The notes under the pieces: model-generated
Databases searched by the model: none
What the model saw: only the letters and a program-made list of their open reading frames with translations
Told to the model about the DNA's origin: nothing
In this document: positions 42,845 to 51,873 of the stretch, in pieces
Numbering within the stretch: the first letter of the stretch is position 1
How the letters are laid out: each line of letters starts with the position of its first letter
Translations under genes and position numbers: made by a program
Source of the DNA: Sedimentisphaerales bacterium
GTDB taxonomy: Bacteria > Planctomycetota > Phycisphaerae > Sedimentisphaerales > SM23-30
Strand: one strand, 5' to 3'
NCBI GenBank assembly: GCA_963666285.1
Contig: OY762711.1
Length of the DNA: 64,000 nt

Positions 42845-43630
42845 TTATTTCATCGCATACTGGCCGAGGATACCATTCCAGGTTTTAGCTAACTCATCAA
42901 CCAGTTTAGAAAATGCCTGCCGCTCTGTATGTATTCGAGCACTGTCAATTGCTTCCTCGGTAGACCAGGCATTAGCAATATTGCTCCTGGAATCACTAGC
43001 TTCTGCCAGCCCATAGATATAACCTGTCCGCACATCATAAATAACAGCCGAAGCAGTAGTAGTAACCTTTGCCGACTTATTTGGCAATAACCCTAAAGTA
43101 ATAATGCCAAGCGGACCTATCTCCTGCGAATCTATTCTGAAACTGGTATCAAAAGTATAGAGTAATAACAAATCTGCGTGCAGCCCGGCTGCGGCCTGCC
43201 GAAGATCATGGACGGAATTAAGATCACGTGGTAACAGCAAACGATTTAATGTTCCAAGGCGATCAACCCCGGCCATCTTTGAGACCTTTTCATAATCCGA
43301 TTCCTGTTCAACTGTCCTGGCTGTAATAATACTGTATTTACCTTTGCCATAACTGTCACAATTATACGCACTATATCTATTACCCTGCACGCGGACAGCA
43401 ACAACATTAGCTGGGAAATTTGCCGCGGGTTTACTTTCAAACTGTTTGCGAATTTGATAGTCTTCTATCCTGACAATCTTGCCTCCGTTATTTTGACTGG
43501 CCGGATTAGCATACAATTGCTCATCCATTTCACTAAAATTAGCAGCAGGCCCAGGTGTGGTATAGTTAACCCCACAACCGGCTACAAAAAATAACATCAT
43601 TCCAGCCATAAAAATCATAATCTTCTTCAT
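42845..43630 (-). CDS. Hypothetical lipoprotein
   Basis: AGGAG RBS and VAGC lipobox. Confidence 0.8.
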   Translation of the reverse strand: MKKIMIFMAGMMLFFVAGCGVNYTTPGPAANFSEMDEQLYANPASQNNGGKIVRIEDYQIRKQFESKPAANFPANVVAVRVQGNRYSAYNCDSYGKGKYSIITARTVEQESDYEKVSKMAGVDRLGTLNRLLLPRDLNSVHDLRQAAAGLHADLLLLYTFDTSFRIDSQEIGPLGIITLGLLPNKSAKVTTTASAVIYDVRTGYIYGLAEASDSRSNIANAWSTEEAIDSARIHTERQAFSKLVDELAKTWNGILGQYAMK

Positions 43631-43642
43631 AATAATCTCCTG

Positions 43643-44026
43643 TTAGTTTAAATTACTTTCTGACATATTCACCGGAATAATCACCTTATTTTCATTTAGA
43701 AAAAATTCAACCGGAACACGCCCATCATCTTCAACCCCGCAAGAATGATAAAACTGATATCCTTCAGCATTCACTTCCCAAATATTCAAAACTTTATTAG
43801 CAACTTTTATCTTTGCCCACCCGTTATCATTCGTAATAATATTTTTTGTTTCCGGATAGTTTAAAAGAAAAAATGCAAGATAACGAACGGATACTTCAGC
43901 CCCCTCGACCGGTTGACTACTTTCATAGTCAACAACTTTAACTTCATATTCTTTATAACTATAAAACTTAATACATCCTGAAAGGAAAAACGGCATTGTA
44001 ACTATTACAATAATAATCTTCTTCAT
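43643..44026 (-). CDS. Small lipoprotein with a carboxypeptidase-regulatory-like beta domain
   Basis: LSGC lipobox; VVDYESSQPVEGAEV...TNDNG motif. Confidence 0.75.
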   Translation of the reverse strand: MKKIIIVIVTMPFFLSGCIKFYSYKEYEVKVVDYESSQPVEGAEVSVRYLAFFLLNYPETKNIITNDNGWAKIKVANKVLNIWEVNAEGYQFYHSCGVEDDGRVPVEFFLNENKVIIPVNMSESNLN

Positions 44027-44263
44027 ATTAACTCCCGCATAATCCCAACCCGACTAACACTTGCGCTAGCTTTAAATGAAATGTGAGTTTTCAGGCGAAC
44101 ACCTTAACTTATATCTCCTATCAGCTCCGGTCCTCAACGGTAAATATAGACATAGAATATGCCTTTGCTCGATCGCTCGAAAGGTAAGCAATGACAGTAT
44201 AACCATTTACACTACGCTCGAACGGGCATTTTCAACTATTATGGGTATATAAATATCTATTAC

Positions 44264-46366
44264 TTAGTTTACCGTTGTTTCGTATTTCACGCCTTCCGGC
44301 ATTAGTTCAGGAACATTAACAGATACGCCATAATCTCCAGACGTTTGAGCTGTAGAATCAACAGCGACAAATGAAGTCAAATCACTCATAAGATTATAAT
44401 TTAATGCCGTTACAAGTATTTCAGAGGCGATGCTATCATTACCTGAAATTACCAATTTATTATTCAACATCTCGATCTTTTTGCGAGCCCAGATGGCAGC
44501 AATGCCGTCATGACGAGTATTGTCACTGAATTCAGCAGGAACGGTATATTCCTGATCCAGGCTACCAACCCTACCGCTGACAGTAATATTGCACTTTTTG
44601 GTATTTTTACACTTTCCGGTTATAACTACTGCCCTGCCGGCAAAAAGGTCTGGGACTTTTTGGGGCCATACTTCGGCAACTTGCATATCACCAAAATTGA
44701 TAGAAATATCTGTCAGTGCAGGATGGGCAATAGTTTCATAGAAATTATCAACTGGCTCGACCGGACTGTCATTGTGACCAATATACGATACAGCACCCTG
44801 GCCGATAGCTGCCATACGATCAAGCAGATAACGATTAGGCGAACTGCCTATACCGAAGCTGAAAATACGGCTTTCACCGAGCTTTTCACTGATGGCTTTG
44901 AGAATCTCAGCTTCATTACCAATATAACCGTCAGTCATAAATGAAACAATTCTGAAGCGTTTAGGATCATGCTCGAAATCAAGAGCCGCCTTTATTCCTT
45001 CGATCATCATAGTTCCACCACTAACATTCAATTGTTTTACATACTTTAATCCTATATTTATATTCTCCTTAGAAGCAATAACAGGTTTGCTACCAAGCCT
45101 GGAAGCATTATTACTGAACTGGATAATCTGAAAACTATCATCCGGTCCCAAACGCTTAAGAGCACGACTAATGGCTTGTTTCGAAATATCCATTGGCCAG
45201 CCATTCATACTGCCGGAACAGTCAAGTACAAAAATCATCTCCATTGGCACTCGCTTCAGCTGTGTAATGCTTTCCGGCGGATACAGCATCATAGTAAAAT
45301 AACTCCCGTTTTCATCGGAAGTTGTCATTATACCGGTTTTTACCTTGTCACCTGCAACGTTATAACGAAGTACAAAATCCTTGTTTGGGATAGTATCGTT
45401 ACGGGCGATCTGCACATTTACCCGGCTGTCAGAGTTGTATTTTTTCTCAATTATATGGCTGCTGCATACCAAATCTTCAATTTTTACACCGGCATCAATA
45501 TTAACTGCAAGTGAGATATCGTGTCCGCTTCGCTGATCCGGTTTGAGGTAATGAACTTCGCTTGACTGACTGCTGGTTCCGTCTGGTGTGCCGTGGGCAA
45601 CAGCTGCTACGCCGTCAGTTGTATGCGGAGGGTTAAAACGCGGTCCTACAACCATTGGAAAGACAAACTCATACCAACCGTCTTTATAAGCCAGAGTATT
45701 GAAATATTTTATATTGATATCGATAGCTTTGCCTGGCTCTATATTGGCAACTTTCTGGGTGAAAATATTAGGTCGCTGCTGAGTTAGCAGGCTAGCTGTA
45801 TAACCTAACCCACGAGCCTGTTCATAAATCTTCTTAGCTTCTTCTTTTTCTCTTATTACACCTCGAATAGTTCGATCCCCTATTGTCATCAAAAAATCAT
45901 TAACTGCAGCATTTTGAGGTAAAGGAAAGACATATTTCGCTTCAATCTTAACAGCATAAGGATTATGAAACTTCTGCCTTACTTCTACGGTTGCAATATA
46001 ACCCGAGACATTACCATTGACATCAGTATGCTTTAATGGCAATGGTACTTCCTCTTTTTGATCAGGCACCTTCGCAATGCAAGAGCCACTAAGAGGTACG
46101 TCTACATCGCAACGGAAAGACCCTTCACTAATATCAGTTTTTTGTATTACCCATATTTCATCAGCATCAACATTAATAACACCATCTGAACTTGCCAACT
46201 CATGCAGCTCTGCATCACTAAGCTCATTCAGCATACGTCGATTAGCACTCTCAACTGCAAACCTGGCACTTTCTTTGGCTTTATTTAATGCAGGCATAAA
46301 TAATGAAACTATAAATGCAACTATAGCAAGTACAACTAACAGCCATATAATTTTATTGGTTTTCAT
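44264..46366 (-). CDS. VIT + vWA domain protein, paralog 2, with a pilin-like N-terminal helix
   Basis: LPLKHTDV...YVFPLP (VIT); FVLDCSGSM MIDAS motif, MTDG and LMSDLTSFVAVD. Confidence 0.92.
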   Translation of the reverse strand: MKTNKIIWLLVVLAIVAFIVSLFMPALNKAKESARFAVESANRRMLNELSDAELHELASSDGVINVDADEIWVIQKTDISEGSFRCDVDVPLSGSCIAKVPDQKEEVPLPLKHTDVNGNVSGYIATVEVRQKFHNPYAVKIEAKYVFPLPQNAAVNDFLMTIGDRTIRGVIREKEEAKKIYEQARGLGYTASLLTQQRPNIFTQKVANIEPGKAIDINIKYFNTLAYKDGWYEFVFPMVVGPRFNPPHTTDGVAAVAHGTPDGTSSQSSEVHYLKPDQRSGHDISLAVNIDAGVKIEDLVCSSHIIEKKYNSDSRVNVQIARNDTIPNKDFVLRYNVAGDKVKTGIMTTSDENGSYFTMMLYPPESITQLKRVPMEMIFVLDCSGSMNGWPMDISKQAISRALKRLGPDDSFQIIQFSNNASRLGSKPVIASKENINIGLKYVKQLNVSGGTMMIEGIKAALDFEHDPKRFRIVSFMTDGYIGNEAEILKAISEKLGESRIFSFGIGSSPNRYLLDRMAAIGQGAVSYIGHNDSPVEPVDNFYETIAHPALTDISINFGDMQVAEVWPQKVPDLFAGRAVVITGKCKNTKKCNITVSGRVGSLDQEYTVPAEFSDNTRHDGIAAIWARKKIEMLNNKLVISGNDSIASEILVTALNYNLMSDLTSFVAVDSTAQTSGDYGVSVNVPELMPEGVKYETTVN

Positions 46367-46396
46367 AACTAATTCTCCTATGTTAGACTTTCAACC

Positions 46397-48943
46397 CTAA
46401 TGTACTTCCTGAACCGTTGTTTCGTATTTCACGCCTTCCGGCACTGGAACAGAAACATTGACCGTTACGCCATGTTCTCCAGAAGTAACAGTAGCAGAAT
46501 CCACGGCAACAAATGAAGTGTAGTTGCTCATAAGGTTATAGCTCAACGCAGTAGTAAGAATAGCGTTTGAAAGATCTGTTGGACCGCCGGTATTGAGCAA
46601 ATTATTCAATATCTCAATCTTTTTACGAGCCCAGATGGCAGCAATGCCGTCATGACGAGTGTTGTCACTAAATTCAGCAGGAACGGTATATTGCTGATCC
46701 AGGCTGCCAACCTTACCACCAACTGTTATATTGCAGTTCTTTGGACTTTTGCATCTGCCGGTAATAACTACCGCCCTGCCGGCGAATAGATCCGGTACTC
46801 TAGGCGGCCATACTTCGGCAACTTGCATATCGCCAAAATCGATGGATATATCTGTAAGTGCAGGATGGGCAATAGTTTCATAGAAATTATCAACCGGCTC
46901 GATCGGGCTGTCATTGTGACCAATATACGAAACAGCACCCTGACCGATAGCTGCCATACGATCAAGCAGATAACGGTTAGGCGAGCTGCCAATGCCGAAG
47001 CTGAAAATACGGCTTTCACCAAGCTTTTCACTTATGGCTTTGAGAATCTCAGCTTCATTACCAATATAACCGTCAGTCATAAACGAAACGATTCTGAAGC
47101 GTTTAGGATCATGCTCAAAGTCCAGAGCTGCTTTGATACCTTCAATCATCATTGTTCCGCCGCCGCCATGAAGGCCCTCAAGATAGGTAAGCCCTTTTTC
47201 TATATTCTCTTGAGTTGCTTCGATTGGTTTGGGACCAAGCTGAGAAGCATTATTGCTGAATCTAATGATCTGGAAGCTGTCATCCGGTCCGAGGCGTTTC
47301 AGGGCACGGTTAATGGCTTTCTTTGACATTTCAATAGGAAAACCATTCATACTGCCGGAACAGTCAAGTACAAAAATCATTTCCATTGGTACCCGTTTGA
47401 GCTGGGAGATACTTTCCGGAGGATACAACATCATAGTGAAGTAACTTCCGTTATCGTCAGTAGTTGTCATAATGCCGGTTTTTACCTTATTGCCGGCAAC
47501 CTTATAACGAAGTACAAAATCCTTGTTTGGGATAGTATCGTTACGGGCGATCTGCACATTTACCCGGCTGTCAGAGTTGTATTTTTTCTCAATTATATGG
47601 CTGCTGCATTCCAGATCTTCAATCTTTACGCCGGCGTCAATATTAACTGCGAGCGAGATATCATGTCCGCTTCGCTGGTCCGGTTTGAGGTAATGGACCT
47701 CGGTTGACTGTCCGCTGGTACCGTCTGGTGTGCCGTGGGCAACTGCCGCTATGCCGTCAGTTGTATGCGGAGGGTTAAAACGCGGTCCTACAACCATTGG
47801 AAAGACAAATTCATACCAGCCGTCTTTATAAGCCAGGGTATTGAAATATTTTATATTGATATCGATAGCTTTGCCCGGCTCTATATTGGCAACTTTTTGG
47901 GTGAAGATATTAGGCCGCTGCTGGGTTAGCAGGCTGGCCACATGGCCCCGGCTGCGGGCGGCTTCGTATATTTGTTTGGCTTCTTCCTTTTCACGGATAA
48001 CGCCTCGGATTGTGCGGTCACCAACGGTCATAAGAAAGTCGTTTACCGCAGCATTCTGAGGCAGCGGAAAGACATAGCGTGCCTCTATCTTGGTATCGTA
48101 TGGATTGTGAAACTGCTGAACAACATTTACGGTTGCTATATAACCGGCGATATTGCCTGTAACATCTGTATGCTTAAGCGGTAACGGCACTTCCTCGGGA
48201 TTATCAGGCAGCTTAACAACACAACAGCCGCTGACAGGAGTATTATCGTCTACCGGCACTACCGATTTGGCAGTATCAACTTTAGCTATAACCCATAGCT
48301 CATCGGCATTGAAGTTGTTCAAAACAATTTGATTATTGATTGGTGCTTTCCCAAAAGAATACATCTGAGCCATCACACCACCATCCATACCACTAACGTC
48401 ATACCCAACAATACCCTGGCCAGCTGCGATAGGTTTTGCACTCCCCTTTTCAACAGTTGGATATTCTATTTTTTCTACTGGAGGAATTAGATCTTTATCA
48501 ACGGCCATTAAGTGCATTGTAACATTATGGTCCGCATTTCTGGATTTTTCATGCTGAATCTGCCATAACAACGCCTGCGAATACATATTTCTAAGGTATT
48601 TTGCCTGTTCGTTATAAGGGTCTACAGAAAGCAAACGATCTATAGTGTCAATAGCAGCTTGAAACCTTCTTTGCTCTGCAAACTTATTAGCAGTATGGAA
48701 TAAAGTACTTATAACCTGTACTTCTTGAGCTGCTTCTCTAGCTGAATCTCTGGTTTTATCTATTGCTTCAGTATCAGAACTCCCATGTTCATCAGAGGTG
48801 CCTCCCTGATAAGCAGCAGTATCTCCAGGGGCTGAGACGGTACTATTAATATCATTGCCACAGCCTTGAATAAGCAAGAATGCAGGTATTGCCAGCAATG
48901 ATAATAATAATCCAGTAAAAATTGATTTTCTTAGGTTAAACAT
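46397..48943 (-). CDS. VIT + vWA domain lipoprotein, paralog 1, with an N-terminal TPR-like segment
   Basis: IQGC lipobox and the same VIT and DCSGS/TDG motifs as paralog 2. Confidence 0.92.
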   Translation of the reverse strand: MFNLRKSIFTGLLLSLLAIPAFLLIQGCGNDINSTVSAPGDTAAYQGGTSDEHGSSDTEAIDKTRDSAREAAQEVQVISTLFHTANKFAEQRRFQAAIDTIDRLLSVDPYNEQAKYLRNMYSQALLWQIQHEKSRNADHNVTMHLMAVDKDLIPPVEKIEYPTVEKGSAKPIAAGQGIVGYDVSGMDGGVMAQMYSFGKAPINNQIVLNNFNADELWVIAKVDTAKSVVPVDDNTPVSGCCVVKLPDNPEEVPLPLKHTDVTGNIAGYIATVNVVQQFHNPYDTKIEARYVFPLPQNAAVNDFLMTVGDRTIRGVIREKEEAKQIYEAARSRGHVASLLTQQRPNIFTQKVANIEPGKAIDINIKYFNTLAYKDGWYEFVFPMVVGPRFNPPHTTDGIAAVAHGTPDGTSGQSTEVHYLKPDQRSGHDISLAVNIDAGVKIEDLECSSHIIEKKYNSDSRVNVQIARNDTIPNKDFVLRYKVAGNKVKTGIMTTTDDNGSYFTMMLYPPESISQLKRVPMEMIFVLDCSGSMNGFPIEMSKKAINRALKRLGPDDSFQIIRFSNNASQLGPKPIEATQENIEKGLTYLEGLHGGGGTMMIEGIKAALDFEHDPKRFRIVSFMTDGYIGNEAEILKAISEKLGESRIFSFGIGSSPNRYLLDRMAAIGQGAVSYIGHNDSPIEPVDNFYETIAHPALTDISIDFGDMQVAEVWPPRVPDLFAGRAVVITGRCKSPKNCNITVGGKVGSLDQQYTVPAEFSDNTRHDGIAAIWARKKIEILNNLLNTGGPTDLSNAILTTALSYNLMSNYTSFVAVDSATVTSGEHGVTVNVSVPVPEGVKYETTVQEVH

Positions 48944-48991
48944 CTTAAACTCCGAATATTGTAATTGTCTATGTTTTAATGTCTTATAATA

Positions 48992-49449
48992 TTAGTCACG
49001 ATCGGTAAGCCGGTAAGTCATATCAGCTTTTACCTTGTTTCCTTTGGCATCTGCGATGACAACCGGTGTAATTTCGAACTCCGGAGTCTGGTCGCCGGAA
49101 ATCATAAAGTGGAGGCGGGCACATCTGAACTTACCGGAAGGTAATGATTTATCGAGATTGAAAGCGGCAAGTATGATTCTGCCATGATTAAGAGCCTTTG
49201 GGTCGTAATAGCCCGGAGCTTTGAAAGCCTCGCAGTCGCCGCCTTCAACGCCGGAAAGCTTTGCAATACCTGATGTTACCTTAAGTTCGAACTGGTATGC
49301 CGCGATAGACTTATCAGCGGAATCGATTATGATATCGACAGGTACAAACCTGACATTGCTGAAGTCAGCCTGCGGTTCAAGAGCTTTGCCGAAACTGTAT
49401 GTAAGTGCGGTAAAACAAAGGGTTAATATAATAATTGTCATTTTGTTCT
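48992..49449 (-). CDS. Exon 2 of a secreted cohesin-like protein; exon 1 is ATGA at 50172-50169 and the spliced N-terminus is MKNKMTIIILTLCF
   Basis: Signal peptide followed by VPVDIIIDSADKSIAAYQFELK...ARLHF, a cohesin-like beta pattern; the frame is restored exactly by removing the intron. Confidence 0.75.
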
Positions 49450-50168
49450 GTCGAGTAGGCATGTCGCCTCCTTTCATTAATTTAACAAATTCTGAGTTTC
49501 ATTATATTTTGTGCAAGGAAACGCATGCCCCTCACAGAACCGGACTTGAAGATTTCCCTCATCCGGCTCTTCATTAATGCTCACTTTGACGGCTACATAA
49601 GGCAAAGTAATGTGCCTTGTAGAAGTCTCCGATAGAAGACGCTGTGGAACGTTCATGGTTTCTTCCAGTTCAGTGCCTGGCCAATATCCTGTTTCGCCTT
49701 TACACATTAATGCTGACCCCTTCGAGTGCCTCAAACTTCGAAACTCAACAGGCATTACCCTGTTTACTCCTCTACTATGAGTCAGTCCGACTACCAAAAT
49801 GCCATACGGCCGCGTCACGGTTTCAGCTCCTTGGCCGCTTCCTTTCGGAGCACTTCGGTTCTCCCAAGTTCCAATGCAGTCAGTTCGTTTGCCCGCTACG
49901 GACTCAGACCCCGGCTCGTCGATATATGCTCGCCGTATTTCGCATATATCGATATTGGCTTCAGGCATATGAAAACCCTGGCCCGGATGCGATAAGGAAT
50001 AATTTCGGGGCTCAACACCTTCACTTGCGTTGTGGCTGACAAACTCCTTTCCCGGGGCTTCGTACAGTTCGTTACCTCTCTGCACGCCCGGTGCTGTAAT
50101 GGGCGGGTGGCTAGCCCTTACCCATGCCGGATTGGCCGGCTTGACTACATTAGCTTCGCTTGGCGCTC
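49450..50168 (-). mobile_element. Group II intron (719 nt) without an intron-encoded reverse transcriptase
   Basis: Domain V GAGCCGGATGAGGGAAATCTTCAAGTCCGGTTC (49569-49537); domain VI with the branch A 7 nt from the 3' end (CCTACTCGAC); 5' end GAGCG; EBS1 TCATAT complementary to exon ATATGA; short domain IV. Confidence 0.93.
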
Positions 50169-50188
50169 TCATATTATTATCCTTCAAT

Positions 50189-50680
50189 TTAATTTATAAT
50201 CATTGCCAGCTGAGAGTTTAACCGGGCAGCAGCCGCCTGGTCCAGGTTGTTTATCTCAACTGCTTTATTGGCAACTATTTGCACATCAGTAATAGAAAGA
50301 TTATTGTCGTTGTTATAATCCCATTTCCGGTCGTATATGCCCTTGTCACGGATATGGATAGCGAGAGTCATAGCATCGAGTATATCTACACTTCCATCGC
50401 GGTTAACATCCTGCGGGGCAAAGGTTTGGGAATTGTGTAATACAAAGAAAGCCGATATAGCGACAAGCACAATTGCCGCGGCATATCGTAAATAATGTAT
50501 TAGAGGAGATTTACGCCGTTTGTTGAAAGCATCAAAATGAGCTCTGGCTCCCTCTAAAACAGCTCTATCAACATCAAGCGGAAGTTGAGAATCAGTTGTA
50601 AACTCTTTTTTCAATTCGAGTTGCAACTCATCTGATAGTTCCGGGATATCATCAAAATTGTTAATATTATTGTTATCCAT
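50189..50680 (-). CDS. Putative anti-sigma factor: cytoplasmic N-terminus, one TM helix, extracytoplasmic dockerin-like domain
   Basis: Directly follows the ECF sigma gene; YAAAIVLVAISAFFVL TM; DVNRDGSVDILDA...DYNNDNNLSITDV duplicated Ca-binding loops. Confidence 0.78.
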   Translation of the reverse strand: MDNNNINNFDDIPELSDELQLELKKEFTTDSQLPLDVDRAVLEGARAHFDAFNKRRKSPLIHYLRYAAAIVLVAISAFFVLHNSQTFAPQDVNRDGSVDILDAMTLAIHIRDKGIYDRKWDYNNDNNLSITDVQIVANKAVEINNLDQAAAARLNSQLAMIIN

Positions 50681-50700
50681 GGTTTATGGTCTCCGTATAT

Positions 50701-50729
50701 TTAGACCGCAGGTGAGTAAAATAGTTTCA
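50701..50729 (-). promoter_or_regulatory. ECF (sigmaE-like) promoter upstream of the anti-sigma gene
   Basis: The minus strand reads TGAAACT-N16-GTCTAA. Confidence 0.5.
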
Positions 50730-50744
50730 GAAAAATAAGAATAA

Positions 50745-51335
50745 TTACAAGAATAGTAATATCAAAGCTTTAAGGTCACGGATATTTTTAATAGCAGGTG
50801 AATCTTTAAGTTTTTTGAGAGTTCGATAATAAGTTGTCTTCACACTGCTTTCGGATATCTCAATCGCGGAAGCTATCTCGGCGAGTGTCATATCATCAAC
50901 GAACCGCATAAGGAGTATATGCCGCTGGGTATCGGATAGGTTGTCAAGAAGAGAAGCGAGATGTCGTCGCATTTCGTCTTGCGGCGTTTCGCCAATGGGT
51001 AAAGACGTATCAGGGATGTCAAGCGGCAGGTCAACGGATGAGTACCGCCGCTTACGTTCCTGCTGACGGATGACAGTATTCCGTACTGCCGGATACAAAA
51101 AAGATTTCATGCTGGAAGTAAGCGAAAAACCTGGAAACCGCGTATAAAACCACGTAAAGACCTCCTGGCAGACATCAGCTGCAATATTTTCGTCTCTATT
51201 GGCCAAACGCCAGGCAAGCTGGAAGGTCCAGTTTTTGTATCTCAGATATATACGCTCAAACCCTGCGACATCACCTGAATTAGCAATGGCAATATCGGTC
51301 TGGTCCTGAGCGTTAATATTGGAAGCATCTAACAT
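50745..51335 (-). CDS. ECF RNA polymerase sigma factor
   Basis: GDVAGFERIYLRY, AADVCQEVF (region 2) and LAEIASAIEISESSVKT (region 4). Confidence 0.92.
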   Translation of the reverse strand: MLDASNINAQDQTDIAIANSGDVAGFERIYLRYKNWTFQLAWRLANRDENIAADVCQEVFTWFYTRFPGFSLTSSMKSFLYPAVRNTVIRQQERKRRYSSVDLPLDIPDTSLPIGETPQDEMRRHLASLLDNLSDTQRHILLMRFVDDMTLAEIASAIEISESSVKTTYYRTLKKLKDSPAIKNIRDLKALILLFL

Positions 51336-51513
51336 GCTATAAGACGATACATTAAAAGATGCTGATAGTCAATTATACTTTCATTTCGAGCTGTTTTTGA
51401 TTAAGCTATCAAGAATGCTTTGGCTTGAATCTTATACAAGATGTGTACTGTTGACTGTTCAGCAGAACCAATTTAATGCCAGCTTAATGAATAAGATTAT
51501 ATAAGGAGTATTT

Positions 51514-51873
51514 ATGGCACGCCTGATAGAAAACGCAACAATTATAAAAGCAGCCGGTGAACCAGCAAAACAGATAGAAGAGTATATTGGCAAAGTAAAC
51601 TCACATAATAATGAAGTAAGCATAGCAAGAATGATAAGCCCTGCGGGATGGTCAGAACCTGGTCAGCGGCCAGAATTTGAAGAATATACCGTCGTTTTGA
51701 AAGGTGCCCTGGAGATGAAATTTGAAGGAAGCGAAATGACAGTTGAAGCAGGTCAGGCAGTCATAGTACATGCCGGGGAATGGGTTCAGTACAGTACCCC
51801 AGGCGGAGCCGAGTATATATCTGTTTGCATTCCAGCTTTTTCACCAGAGAAAGTTCACAGAGACCAGGAATAG
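51514..51873 (+). CDS. Cupin-domain protein (EutQ-like)
   Basis: GWSEPGQRPEFEEYTVVLKG motif and AAGGAG RBS. Confidence 0.85.
   Translation: MARLIENATIIKAAGEPAKQIEEYIGKVNSHNNEVSIARMISPAGWSEPGQRPEFEEYTVVLKGALEMKFEGSEMTVEAGQAVIVHAGEWVQYSTPGGAEYISVCIPAFSPEKVHRDQE

Noticed and set aside
44264..48943. VIT-vWA duplication as a diversity-generating retroelement template/variable pair
   Set aside because: Both copies are full coding genes, the differences are not adenine-specific, and there is no RT.
49477..50187. 236-aa ORF as an intron-encoded RT/maturase or an ordinary protein gene
   Set aside because: It has no RT motifs and overlies the ribozyme domains. It is kept only as a read-through frame finding.
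51449..51463. TTGACTGTTCAGCA upstream of the cupin gene (and CACTGTTCAA near 60935) as further repeat copies
   Set aside because: Only 10-13 nt match and the ACGCAAAG and AGGCGA blocks are missing.
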